64,000 nt of DNA. Origin: Patescibacteria group bacterium (GTDB lineage: Bacteria; Patescibacteriota; Patescibacteriia; Patescibacteriales; UBA12465). The first letter of the stretch is position 1, and each line of letters starts with the position of its first letter. Below, one piece after another: positions 9,214-18,537 of the stretch. The notes below the pieces were generated by a model that was given only the letters and a program-made list of their open reading frames with translations, was not told the origin of the DNA and did no database searches. The position numbers and the translations under genes are program-made. The stretch covers positions 68,125-132,124 of the forward strand of contig JBAZZR010000003.1 in NCBI GenBank assembly GCA_041658665.1, written 5' to 3'.

Positions 9214-10224
9214 TTAAATAAACTTAGTTAGGTAATTAGCGAGTTCGACAAAGCGATTCGCATAACCCCATTCATTATCATACCAAGAAATAACTTTGAG
9301 TAGATCGCCGCCGACTATTTTTGTACTCTTTAAATCAATAATTGCGCTATGAGAATTACCAACAATATCCGCGGAGACTAATTCTTCGCTCGAAGCTTCG
9401 ATAATTCCCCTCATTTTTCCTCGCGCCGCTTTGATAAAAGCTTTATTAACGGTTTCCACCGTGGTTTTTTTATTTAACAAATAAACAGTATCACAAATCG
9501 ACCCGACTGGCGTCGGCACCCGCACGGCTAGTCCATCAAATTTATTTTTTAAAGCCGGAATAGTTTCCGTCGTCGCAATCGCCGCGCCGGTCGTCGTCGG
9601 AATCATATTAATAGCGGCGGCACGCGCCCGACGTAAATCTTTATGCGGCCCGTCAACTAAATTCTGATCAGCGGTATAAGAATGAATCGTCGTCATAAGC
9701 GCCTTCTTAATACCGAAGGTTTCTTTAATTACTTTAGTCGCCGGAGCTAAACAATTAGTCGTACAGGAAGCGGCGGAAATAAGATGGTCAGATTTAGTAA
9801 TCTTTTCCAAATTAACGCCCGGAACGATGGTCTTAACTCCGCCCTTTTTCGCCGGAGCGGACAAAACTACTTTTTTAGCACCGGCCAGAAGATGCAAGTT
9901 CAAATCGGCTTTATTAGTAAAGCGGCCCGTACATTCTAAGACAATATCGACTTTCAACTCTTTCCAAGGAAGTTGGGCCGGATCTTTAACGGCCAAAATC
10001 GGGATTTTTAAACCATCGATGAATAAGGCGTCTTTAGTCGCCCTAATTTTTTGATCCGTCGTCCCGTAGCAAGAGTCATATTTCAATAAATGAGCCAGCG
10101 TCGCCGGATCAGTCAAATCGTTAATAGCGACGACCCGCAAATTCGGAAAACGCATCCAAATAGCTTTAAGGGCGGCTCGGCCAATTCGCCCAAAACCATT
10201 AATAGCAATATTTACTTTTTTCAT
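9214..10224 (-). CDS. gap: Glyceraldehyde-3-phosphate dehydrogenase
   Basis: NGFGRIGR, catalytic SCTTNCLAP, and WYDNEWGY. Confidence 0.95.
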   Translation of the reverse strand: MKKVNIAINGFGRIGRAALKAIWMRFPNLRVVAINDLTDPATLAHLLKYDSCYGTTDQKIRATKDALFIDGLKIPILAVKDPAQLPWKELKVDIVLECTGRFTNKADLNLHLLAGAKKVVLSAPAKKGGVKTIVPGVNLEKITKSDHLISAASCTTNCLAPATKVIKETFGIKKALMTTIHSYTADQNLVDGPHKDLRRARAAAINMIPTTTGAAIATTETIPALKNKFDGLAVRVPTPVGSICDTVYLLNKKTTVETVNKAFIKAARGKMRGIIEASSEELVSADIVGNSHSAIIDLKSTKIVGGDLLKVISWYDNEWGYANRFVELANYLTKFI

Positions 10225-10260
10225 ATTGATAAAGTCTTAATTATAATCATAATATTCAAT

Positions 10261-10269
10261 ATTATAGCA
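10261..10269 (-). promoter_or_regulatory. Extended -10 promoter element (TGcTATAAT) upstream of gap
   Basis: The minus strand reads gTGcTATAAT about 36 nt upstream of the gap ATG. The -35 is weak (TTTTAT). Confidence 0.35.
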
Positions 10270-10306
10270 CGCTTAAACAATAAATAAAACGAACTAATCT
10301 AGGCCA

Positions 10307-13300
10307 CTACTGCTCATTTCCTTTCATTTTCTTAGCCTTCAAATAGGTCGCAATCGCTATATACACCTTTCTTTCTTGAATAGTTAATTTCTGACCAGTC
10401 GCCTCGATAACCTGTTCAAATAAACGGACCGCTTTCTCTGGCGACTCCGAACCATTTTTTACTTCAAATTTTTGAATAAATTTATTAGCTAAATCAAATA
10501 CTTGAGACCCCGGATTGACTACTTCGCTAGACGAAGTAGTCTTTAACTCTTTTTCAAAAAATTTCTCAAACTCCTTTTTCACTTTAGAGCTACCCATATT
10601 AGAACTGCTAAATGGTGTATACCAATAAGCATCTAACACGTTCTGGAGAGCAAACAAATCTTCTCCCGTCGTTTCATATTTTAAAATAGTATTGACCACA
10701 GTTTCTAGGTCACCATTAGTTAGTTTCTTAATGGCGGCCAAATCATTTGATTTAACAATATTCATAATTTCCTCCAATTTTTTATTTGCGTCTTGAACTA
10801 TGGAGCCGATTGCTTCACTGCGCATTTTTTCTTTCTCAACAATACTCGCGCCAGATATTCCTTCAATTCCCGAGGGTGTTCCATCGACCGAAAAAACTTC
10901 GTTGCCACCGCGCGCAGTCGGCCAAAGGACAAAAGCTGTACTATGGGCATTAGCAATTGTCGCTGTTTTTCCGTTGGGCATAAATCCCGTGAGGACGCCC
11001 GAAGGAAACCCCGCTTTGCGCAGCAACGCTGATGTCAACATCGCAAAATCAGCACAGACCCCGGCATATTTTTTCCCCTCGAGGGAAATCTTATTCTTTT
11101 CCCGGAGCTCATCAACGCGCGACTCCATTATACTAAAACGGTCTTCTAAAGAGGCTCCAGTCTTTAACGGAGAAACTTCCCTATTTTTCTTATCATAATA
11201 ACTAACCTGGCGCACAAAATTTTCAATCGCCATCACCTGCTCCTTAGGATCTTTATTTTTTATACTCTCAATAAATAAATCGGTTTCTTCCGGTAATTCC
11301 GCTAGCGGCGTCAGCATAATATCGCCATATTCACGGACGAATTGTTTCTTATATATTGCGTATTCACTAGCCGTAACATTACGCATTTCTCTAGGAATTT
11401 CATTCTGGCGGACCGAATAAATAATTTCTTCCGCTCGCTTAGTATCTTTTACCGTTCCCTCTCCGAGCGGCGAAAACTCCGTTTCGCAAGCGAGTTCCTT
11501 TCCTTTTTTAATAGCTTTAACGCGCTCTTTAATAATCGTTCCGGAAACCGGTTTAGGAAGTTTTGTTTGTTGACCCACGTGCGGCAAAGTAATGGTAATG
11601 TCTTTAGTTTTTTCGCTCGAAATATCAGCTACACTAAACTGATATCTACTATCCCAAGCCGACCCGTTATATTTTCCAAAAATTCCTGTCACGACTAGCT
11701 CATGAAGCGGCTCTCGGAATTTTAACACTTCCTCTTGATATTCCTTTTCTGGATCGCCGCCGGCGAGAGAGTCGAGTAGACTATCCGGATTTAAATAATC
11801 CTCGGGAGAAGGCTCTCGGCCAAAATTTAAGGTATTTGATTCAAACCCGGAATAGCCAGAAAAACCTCGCCAAGTCTCCTGATCCTTTTCTAAAATACTA
11901 GGAAAAACTTTGGCCGCTAATTTCCCTACGCCGCGCCGCGACGACTTTCGAGCGGCTAGCATATTAAGAAATATTTCTGGAGAATCTTTGATAACACTAT
12001 TAACCGATCTCACAAAAGCGCGCGAGGTTTGAAGTTCTTTTTTTAATTTATCCCCTAATGTTTTCGGTTTTTTCTTAGCAATTTTTGACTCTTGTTCTAA
12101 ATAGTTGTTTATTTCTACTAAAAGTTTTTCGGCATCAAAATCGCTATCTTTTTGCCCACCACTAGATTGTATTATTCTATTTGAAGTAAAAACATTTTTA
12201 TTTTTACTATATAGGGCGGCAGCAATTTCTGCGGCCGCAATCACCCGATCATTCTTTAAAAGTTTATACAGGATATTCTGGGCAGACTCTCGATCATTAA
12301 GAGCAATCATGATTTTTCCAGCCGCACCGAGATAACCTGTTGCTAAACATTTCTCCATAGCTCCCTTAGCCAATTCCGGATTTTTACTAGCCACGGCAAC
12401 GGCCATATCAGCGGCAGCCGTCTCCAGATTATGTTCAAAACACCCCTCAATAATACTTTCAAAAAATATAATATTCTGAGAGAATTCCGGATCTTTACCT
12501 GCTAAGGCAACCGCAACCTCCACGGCCGAAATAAAATTATTTTCCTCTAAATATTTATACATAATATTCTTAGCAGACTCTAAATCATTAAGGGCGACCT
12601 CAATTCTTCCGGCACAAGCAAGATAACCTTTTTCTACTAAACATTTCTCCATAACATCTTTAGCCAATTCCGGATTGTTATCAGCTATGATAACGGCCAT
12701 ATCAGCGGCAGCATAGAGACAACGACCAGCTAAACATTCTTGTATAATATTTTGAGAGAATATAATATTCTTAGCAGATTCTAGATCTTTGGCGGCTAGA
12801 GCAACAATAATATCCGCGACCGAAGTTAACCAATCGTTCTTTAAACATTCTTGGATAAGATTCTGGGCAGACTCTCGATCATCAAGCGCCACCATGATTT
12901 CCGCGGCCGAAGAAAAATATTTAGCCTTTAAACATTTCTGCATTAAATCTTTCATTTCCTCTTCAGAAAAATAGCGAGCATTTTTTTCAATACCTCCCGT
13001 CGTCTCAATACTAGACGAACTTTTTGAATCGTTTATATCGTCCCTATTCCCTTCTTCTGAATAATAAAACTCCGTAATTACCGCGATACTGGCAAAATTA
13101 TCGTCTTGGCGTAACTGAGAAATTATCCTCCTGGCCTGAGCGATATCGCCAAGCGCAATAAATATTTTAGCCGCTTCTTCGTAGTCTTTCTCCGACTCTA
13201 GCGACTGCGCTATTCTTAGCGCACTATCATCAGCCTTAATAGCAATCGATAATAACCCCATCCTAAATTCTTCCTCACGATGATAAATCTCATCATTAGA

Positions 13301-15946
13301 TGGACTATACTCCTCAGGTGATCTTTGCATTGTTAAGGCTTTAGATATTATATCTTTATTCTTCGTTTTAATAGCAATATCATAAATATCCAATAACATT
13401 GCCCCAGTCATTTTCCCCGACGCCGGCAGAAAATCATCATCAAAACAATAGTTAACCAGTTTTGTGTCGCCAATACTAACCGCTAAAAAACCTACTTTAA
13501 TAGCATCGCGTAAATTCGTTCTAACCGACAGTTTTTTGATTATTTTTTTAACAGTTTCTTTATCTTTAAGCGCCAGCGCCAAATCGCCAGCTCTAAAAAA
13601 CTCTTCCATTTTTAGGCACTGATCCATTACTTCTCTCGCTGAGTCCAGTAACTCCGTGTCGCCCAAACGATTAGCAATTGTTACAAAATCAGAATTATAA
13701 ATATTATTTTTTATTAACCGGCGATAAGTATCTTTATGATTAGTGGCGACGGCCACTTGAGTAGCGGCTAGCTCCTCGCCCATTTCAGTAAATTTTTGCA
13801 TCAAAACCACTGCCTCTTCTTCGGTAAATAAGGGTGGTCTTGATTCAACAACTTCAGTTTTATTTTTTTCAATTTCAAATTTCCCTAAATCAGGTCTTAA
13901 GGTATGAAGGATATTTAATAAATGAAGTTTGCGAGAAAGTTCTGGCGATTGATTTTGTCCCTGTTTATCTTTTTTATTTTTTAACTGCCAAACAAATGTT
14001 AGATAGTCTCCAGCTAAACCATGAGCGATAGAACCCTTGCTAACTCCTGAGGTCATAAACTCCTCCCGCATTTTCCAAGCTCGATCAGAATCAAGACCAG
14101 CTAAACCCTTAGCGATTGAACCTTTATCAACGCCTAAAACAATAAACTCTTCCCGCATTTTCCAGGCGCGATCAGAATCCAAGCCAGCCAGACTTACGGC
14201 AATGAAACCTTTATTAATTTCGCCTGAAGCCATAAGCTCCTCCCGCATTTTCCAGGCGCGATCGGAGTCAAGACTAGTAAGACTTAAAGCGATGGAATTT
14301 TCATCAATTGCGCCTGAAGCCATCAACTTTTCCCGCATTTTCCAAGCCCGATCGGAGTCTAAACCAGCCAGACTTTCGGCAATAGAATCTCTATCAACTT
14401 TTTCAGCTTTGTTTGAAGCCATAAGCTCATCACGTATTTTCCAGGCCCGATCAGAGTCCAGACTAACAAGACTTAAAACTATAACAGCTTTACTAGTTTT
14501 GTCTGAAGCCATAAACTCCTCCCGCATTTTCCAAGCCCGATCGGAGTCAAGGCCAGCCAGACTTAAAACGATAAAATCTATATTAACTTCACCTGAGGCA
14601 ATCAGCCTATCCCGCATTTTCCAAGCACGCTCCGAGTCTAGGCCAGCCAGACCTTGGGCGATAAGACTCCTGCTAACACCTGAATCCATAAGCTCCTCCC
14701 GCATTTTCCAAGCCCGATCGGAGTCCAGACCAGCAAAATTTCGGGCGATCAAATTTCTGTAAACACCTAAGGCCATAAGTTCCTCAAGTTTATCAAGGAT
14801 TTTTTCTTCACTAAGATATTTAGATTTTTCACTTTCACGCTTATTGGCTAAAGAAAAATCTCCCTGTTCATCAATTCTGAGCTGGCCGCCTAAACTCTGA
14901 ATTTCCTTAATCAGATTTTTTTGCGCCTGATCATTTTGCCGGTTAAAAGTAAGATCCAAGGGCTGATACCGAACAGTGGCAAATTTCTGAGCGGCGGCTT
15001 CAGTTAAATTAAATGTTTCTTTAATCTTGTCTAAATCGTCTTGGGATACAAAAGAGTCCCATTCTAAACGATCAATAATAGCGAGCGGAAGACGAGCGCG
15101 TAATTCTTCTAAAACAATCTCCCGCGCATTCTCTTTCCCGCGTTCTAAATTACGAACATAAGCTTCTAACCCCGTATGTTTATATTTTTCTCGCAAACCA
15201 GCGCTTGAGCCAAAATGTTCTTTGACTAATTTACTAATTCTATCTCCGTCAGTTTTTTTTATCTCGGCAAAAAGTATTTTTAAAACATCGCCGGAGTAAT
15301 AATTTTTTTCTAGCGTCGTTTTAATAAGTTCAATATTTTTTTCCCCTAAGCGCTCGCCGCTTGACCGGGGATCTTTTTCGCCAATTATTTCAATTTTTTT
15401 AGTACTTAAAAACGGTTCATAGGCCCGGTCAAGCTCTTGAATAATTTCCCGCTCCTGGCCATATTTTTTCGGCTTGGTAATTTCTCTACCGGCCTCAACC
15501 GCCTGGCCTAATTCAGCAAAATGCGTTAACAATTTTTTCGCGGCTTGTCTTTCGGGTTTTCCCTTAGCTTGAGACAAACCAATCGTCGCCACCTTCAAGG
15601 CATCTTCACTGTGTTTTAAATAAAATTCCGGCGCGGTAATAATCCGCGCGACATCACTAGACGTTAGACGCAAAGTTTCTACTACTTTTAACCCATCATC
15701 AATAGAATGTTCGAAAATACGGGAAACAACTTTAATCTGTTCTTCTTTAGAAAGTAATCGGCAATATTCCACGGCTTTTTTTAGAGCTAAATCTTTAACC
15801 TGAATAACATCAACCATCCCCTCTTTTAAAGACGTTTCAGTTTCTTGTTCAGTACGAGCCGCTCCCTTTATTTTATCTTCATCAACCGATTCGTTTAGAA
15901 CCTTCTTTTTAGGGCTCGCTGTTTGATTAATTAATTCTGTAAACAT
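10307..15946 (-). CDS. Giant (1879 aa) alpha-helical repeat protein with a C-terminal transglutaminase-like cysteine-protease core
   Basis: A single uninterrupted ORF with two internal repeat arrays. Transglutaminase-core triad context: GVCADFAMLTSALLRKAGFP (Cys codon 11054-11056), ANAHSTAFVLW and VFSVDGTP. I recognised no signal peptide or TM segment. Confidence 0.85.
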   Translation of the reverse strand: MFTELINQTASPKKKVLNESVDEDKIKGAARTEQETETSLKEGMVDVIQVKDLALKKAVEYCRLLSKEEQIKVVSRIFEHSIDDGLKVVETLRLTSSDVARIITAPEFYLKHSEDALKVATIGLSQAKGKPERQAAKKLLTHFAELGQAVEAGREITKPKKYGQEREIIQELDRAYEPFLSTKKIEIIGEKDPRSSGERLGEKNIELIKTTLEKNYYSGDVLKILFAEIKKTDGDRISKLVKEHFGSSAGLREKYKHTGLEAYVRNLERGKENAREIVLEELRARLPLAIIDRLEWDSFVSQDDLDKIKETFNLTEAAAQKFATVRYQPLDLTFNRQNDQAQKNLIKEIQSLGGQLRIDEQGDFSLANKRESEKSKYLSEEKILDKLEELMALGVYRNLIARNFAGLDSDRAWKMREELMDSGVSRSLIAQGLAGLDSERAWKMRDRLIASGEVNIDFIVLSLAGLDSDRAWKMREEFMASDKTSKAVIVLSLVSLDSDRAWKIRDELMASNKAEKVDRDSIAESLAGLDSDRAWKMREKLMASGAIDENSIALSLTSLDSDRAWKMREELMASGEINKGFIAVSLAGLDSDRAWKMREEFIVLGVDKGSIAKGLAGLDSDRAWKMREEFMTSGVSKGSIAHGLAGDYLTFVWQLKNKKDKQGQNQSPELSRKLHLLNILHTLRPDLGKFEIEKNKTEVVESRPPLFTEEEAVVLMQKFTEMGEELAATQVAVATNHKDTYRRLIKNNIYNSDFVTIANRLGDTELLDSAREVMDQCLKMEEFFRAGDLALALKDKETVKKIIKKLSVRTNLRDAIKVGFLAVSIGDTKLVNYCFDDDFLPASGKMTGAMLLDIYDIAIKTKNKDIISKALTMQRSPEEYSPSNDEIYHREEEFRMGLLSIAIKADDSALRIAQSLESEKDYEEAAKIFIALGDIAQARRIISQLRQDDNFASIAVITEFYYSEEGNRDDINDSKSSSSIETTGGIEKNARYFSEEEMKDLMQKCLKAKYFSSAAEIMVALDDRESAQNLIQECLKNDWLTSVADIIVALAAKDLESAKNIIFSQNIIQECLAGRCLYAAADMAVIIADNNPELAKDVMEKCLVEKGYLACAGRIEVALNDLESAKNIMYKYLEENNFISAVEVAVALAGKDPEFSQNIIFFESIIEGCFEHNLETAAADMAVAVASKNPELAKGAMEKCLATGYLGAAGKIMIALNDRESAQNILYKLLKNDRVIAAAEIAAALYSKNKNVFTSNRIIQSSGGQKDSDFDAEKLLVEINNYLEQESKIAKKKPKTLGDKLKKELQTSRAFVRSVNSVIKDSPEIFLNMLAARKSSRRGVGKLAAKVFPSILEKDQETWRGFSGYSGFESNTLNFGREPSPEDYLNPDSLLDSLAGGDPEKEYQEEVLKFREPLHELVVTGIFGKYNGSAWDSRYQFSVADISSEKTKDITITLPHVGQQTKLPKPVSGTIIKERVKAIKKGKELACETEFSPLGEGTVKDTKRAEEIIYSVRQNEIPREMRNVTASEYAIYKKQFVREYGDIMLTPLAELPEETDLFIESIKNKDPKEQVMAIENFVRQVSYYDKKNREVSPLKTGASLEDRFSIMESRVDELREKNKISLEGKKYAGVCADFAMLTSALLRKAGFPSGVLTGFMPNGKTATIANAHSTAFVLWPTARGGNEVFSVDGTPSGIEGISGASIVEKEKMRSEAIGSIVQDANKKLEEIMNIVKSNDLAAIKKLTNGDLETVVNTILKYETTGEDLFALQNVLDAYWYTPFSSSNMGSSKVKKEFEKFFEKELKTTSSSEVVNPGSQVFDLANKFIQKFEVKNGSESPEKAVRLFEQVIEATGQKLTIQERKVYIAIATYLKAKKMKGNEQ
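12205..12965 (-). repeat. Intragenic higher-order repeat: about 2.5-3 copies of a 294-nt (98-aa) unit, each made of three ~33-aa helical sub-repeats
   Basis: ccaattccgga recurs at 12370 and 12664, 294 nt apart. Protein units run NPELAK..MEKCL..ALND(L/R)ESA(K/Q)NI..A(V/I)ALA. Confidence 0.8.
14013..14770 (-). repeat. Intragenic tandem array: 8 copies plus 1 partial copy of a 29-33-aa repeat (LAGLDSDRAWKMREELMASG...)
   Basis: The DNA core (c)cgcattttcca(a/g)gc(c/g)cgatc(g/a)ga(g/a)tc recurs at 14067, 14154, 14244, 14334, 14433, 14523, 14613 and 14700, with periods of 87-99 nt. The core is conserved and the linker is variable. Confidence 0.9.
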
Positions 15947-15974
15947 ATTACTAAATTTTACTCCTCTGAAGCTT

Positions 15975-16002
15975 AAAAAAAACCGCCCTTAAAATTGGCG
16001 GT
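15975..16002 (-). terminator. Intrinsic terminator immediately after the ricT stop codon
   Basis: The minus strand reads ACCGCC-aattttaag-GGCGGT followed by T8. Confidence 0.6.
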
Positions 16003-16815
16003 TTATTTTTCTTTTCCTCGGTGTTTATTAATATCAACTTCAATCGTTACGTCTCTTTCGTCCGGCTTATCCGCGGCCACTCTAACGTCAATGGTCTGTT
16101 TTAAAATATGATGGCCGACAACGACGCCACGCGTTCCGGCGATATTTACTTTCGTGCCGAGAGGCGGCAATTCACCGGCCATTTTTTTATAACCCTCGTA
16201 TTCAAAAGATAAACAACACATCAACCGGCCACACATCCCGGAAATTCGCTCGCTCCCGCGATGGACGACCTGTTGCGCTTCGGCCATTTCGGAAGTAATC
16301 GACGAAAACTCATTAATAAAAGTCCGACAGCATAAACCTCGACCACAAGGTCCGCAATCGCCAGTTACTCGCGCCTCATCGCGCGTGCCAATTTGTGTCA
16401 GACGGACATTAACATTAAAATGAGCGACTAAATCTTTCACTAAATCGCGAAAATCAACGCGGCCTTCGGCGAGAAAAGCGAAATTAAAGCGATTACCTTC
16501 TAAAGAAAAGTGAACATCGATTAACTTCATCGGCAAGCCGTGTCGCTGAATCATTTCCTCACAAAATTTTAAAACTTCAGTTTTTTTCGCTTGATCAGGA
16601 ATCTGAGCAATATCGTCATAAACGGCTAACCGTAAAACTGGTTTAAGTTCTTGTTTAAATGGCTCCGTTAAATTTTTGAGATTAACGACTTTCCCTAACT
16701 CTAGACCTAGTTCCGTTTTAACTACGACATAATCACCGGCGACGAGAGTTAAACCAGCCAACGAAAAATTATAAACTTTATCCCAGGGAGCGAATTGTAC
16801 TTGCGCGATTAACAT
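16003..16815 (-). CDS. ricT: PSP1-domain protein (RicT/YaaT family)
   Basis: 270 aa with the Cys cluster GDCGPCGRGLCCRTF ... GMCGRLMCC, typical of YaaT/PSP1 proteins. Confidence 0.8.
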   Translation of the reverse strand: MLIAQVQFAPWDKVYNFSLAGLTLVAGDYVVVKTELGLELGKVVNLKNLTEPFKQELKPVLRLAVYDDIAQIPDQAKKTEVLKFCEEMIQRHGLPMKLIDVHFSLEGNRFNFAFLAEGRVDFRDLVKDLVAHFNVNVRLTQIGTRDEARVTGDCGPCGRGLCCRTFINEFSSITSEMAEAQQVVHRGSERISGMCGRLMCCLSFEYEGYKKMAGELPPLGTKVNIAGTRGVVVGHHILKQTIDVRVAADKPDERDVTIEVDINKHRGKEK

Positions 16816-16865
16816 GGGATGAGAAAAAATTCTAATCCAAAAATAGATTAAAATTTAGATATAAA

Positions 16866-17660
16866 TTAGAGAGAGTAACGAACAAATTGTAAAATATTAG
16901 CGCCACCTAAAATATCTTTAACTTTTTTCTTGTCGTCTTTAATATACTCTTGTTCCACTAAACAAACCTCGGCGTAATACTTACTCATCTTGCCCTCCAG
17001 AATCTTATCAATCATATTCTCCGGCTTACCTTCTTTAAGTAGTTGTTCCTTATAAATTTCTTTTTCCTTAGCCATTTCCGCGGGATCAACTTCCGTCGAC
17101 CGTAAATATTTAGGATTGGCCGCCGCCACTTGCATCGCGATATCCGAAGCTAAAGTCTCCTGCCCCGGTTTATCTAAAGCGACTAAAACGCCGAGGCGTC
17201 CGCCTAAATGAGAATAAGCGGCGACACTGGCCCCTGAAACAATAGCAAAACGCTTCAGACCCATCTTTTCGCCAACGGTACCGCTTAAAGTAGCTAAACT
17301 ATCCTGGACGCTTACGCCAGTCATAGAGAGAGCCAAAAGTTCTTCTAAGCTACCGGGTTTTTTAGTTTTAACTAATTCTAAAACGGCAGTGGCGAAAGCC
17401 TGGAATTTTTCATTACGAGAAACAAAATCGGTTTCCGTATTAAGTTCTAAAATATAAGCCTCGGTTTTATCAGCGCTCAGAGCGACCTTCACTACTCCTT
17501 CATTAGTCTCGCGATCAGTCCGTTTCGCGGCCTTAAGAATTCCCTTCTTACGGAGAATTTCGACCGCTTTATTCAAGTCATTAGCGGCTTCCTCTAAAGC
17601 TTTTTTACAATCAACCATGCCCGCGCCGGTTATTTCGCGCAATTGTTTAATTAATTCCAT
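16866..17660 (-). CDS. tsf: Elongation factor Ts
   Basis: LREITGAGMVDCKKAL UBA-like N-terminus. Located downstream of rpsB. Confidence 0.95.
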   Translation of the reverse strand: MELIKQLREITGAGMVDCKKALEEAANDLNKAVEILRKKGILKAAKRTDRETNEGVVKVALSADKTEAYILELNTETDFVSRNEKFQAFATAVLELVKTKKPGSLEELLALSMTGVSVQDSLATLSGTVGEKMGLKRFAIVSGASVAAYSHLGGRLGVLVALDKPGQETLASDIAMQVAAANPKYLRSTEVDPAEMAKEKEIYKEQLLKEGKPENMIDKILEGKMSKYYAEVCLVEQEYIKDDKKKVKDILGGANILQFVRYSL

Positions 17661-17679
17661 ATTGAGATAAGTTAAATTT

Positions 17680-18372
17680 TTATTTAAGATTGCTTTTCCC
17701 CTCTAAAATAGCGCTTTTAATCGCGGCTAAAAGGAGCTGAATAGTTTTTGTCGAATCGTCGTTAGCCGGAATAGGATAATTCGCGTCTTCCGGATTAACA
17801 TTAGTATCGCAGATAGCAATAATCGGAATATGTTTTTGTTGCGCCTCGCGTACGGCCGTCTCTTCTTCTTTAATATCCCAAACGAATAAAGCGTCCGGTA
17901 ATTTAGTTAAAGCGGCTAAACCGCCGACGCGAACTTCTAATTTTTTAATTTCCCGATCAAAATTCAAACGTTCTTTTTTTGTATATTTATCTAATTTACC
18001 AGCCTCCCGTTTTTCAATTAAGTCTAGATATTTTTTTACGGATTTTTTAACAATAACAAAATTAGTTAAATAACCACCGAGCCATTTCCCAACTACGTAT
18101 GACTGGCCCGTTTCTTCGGCCATTTTTTTTAAAGGCGCCGCTACCTGGCTCTTCGTGCCGACAAAGAGAATATTTTTCCCCTCCGCCACTAATTTAGCCA
18201 TAAATTCTAAAGCTTCTTGTAATTTTTCCTGAGTTTTTCTTAAATCAATAATATAAACGCCATTTTTAGAAGTAAAAATAAATGGCTTCATCTTCGGATG
18301 CCAACGGTTAGTCCGGTGGCCAAAATGCATGCCCGCTTTAAGCATGTCTTCAATTTTTGGTACAGTAATCAT
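17680..18372 (-). CDS. rpsB: 30S ribosomal protein S2 (uS2)
   Basis: MLKAGMHFGHRTNRWHPKM and ICDTNVNPE motifs. Conserved rpsB-tsf order. Confidence 0.97.
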   Translation of the reverse strand: MITVPKIEDMLKAGMHFGHRTNRWHPKMKPFIFTSKNGVYIIDLRKTQEKLQEALEFMAKLVAEGKNILFVGTKSQVAAPLKKMAEETGQSYVVGKWLGGYLTNFVIVKKSVKKYLDLIEKREAGKLDKYTKKERLNFDREIKKLEVRVGGLAALTKLPDALFVWDIKEEETAVREAQQKHIPIIAICDTNVNPEDANYPIPANDDSTKTIQLLLAAIKSAILEGKSNLK

Positions 18373-18470
18373 ATTTTTTCTTTTTAAGGCCGAAGCCTGT
18401 TACATCTGCTCTCCAGCCTCGGAAAACCGAGGAAGAAAAATAATGGCCAATAAGGCCTTAAGAGCATGAT
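18373..18470 (-). promoter_or_regulatory. Structured rpsB 5' leader (candidate cis-regulatory RNA)
   Basis: The minus strand contains CCUCGG-uuuu-CCGAGG (6 bp) and GGC-uucg-GCC hairpins within about 70 nt of the rpsB AUG. No Shine-Dalgarno site is present. Confidence 0.3.
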
Positions 18471-18499
18471 AATTAATTAAATTTTTATAAAAATAATAT

Positions 18500-18531
18500 A
18501 AAAAAGAGGTCGATCTAGAGGCCGTACCTCT
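18500..18531 (-). terminator. Terminator-like hairpin plus U-run downstream of the 518-aa gene
   Basis: The minus strand reads AGAGGU-acggccucuagaucg-ACCUCU-UUUUU. An alternative shorter pairing is AGAGG-uacgg-CCUCU. Confidence 0.5.
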
Positions 18532-18537
18532 AAAATA

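Noticed and set aside
14037-14762. A 241-aa plus-strand ORF with its own striking repeat (SSRIFQARSESRPA...).
   Set aside because: It is the antisense shadow of the tandem repeats in the 1879-aa minus-strand gene. The repeat periodicity keeps the opposite frame open. It has no independent start context, and the sense-strand gene is continuous for 5.6 kb.
14013-14770. Regularly spaced ~30-nt conserved cores separated by variable segments, which superficially resemble a CRISPR array.
   Set aside because: The periods are multiples of 3 (87-99 nt) and lie entirely in-frame inside a long ORF. The 'spacers' encode a conserved helical pattern. No cas genes or leader are present.
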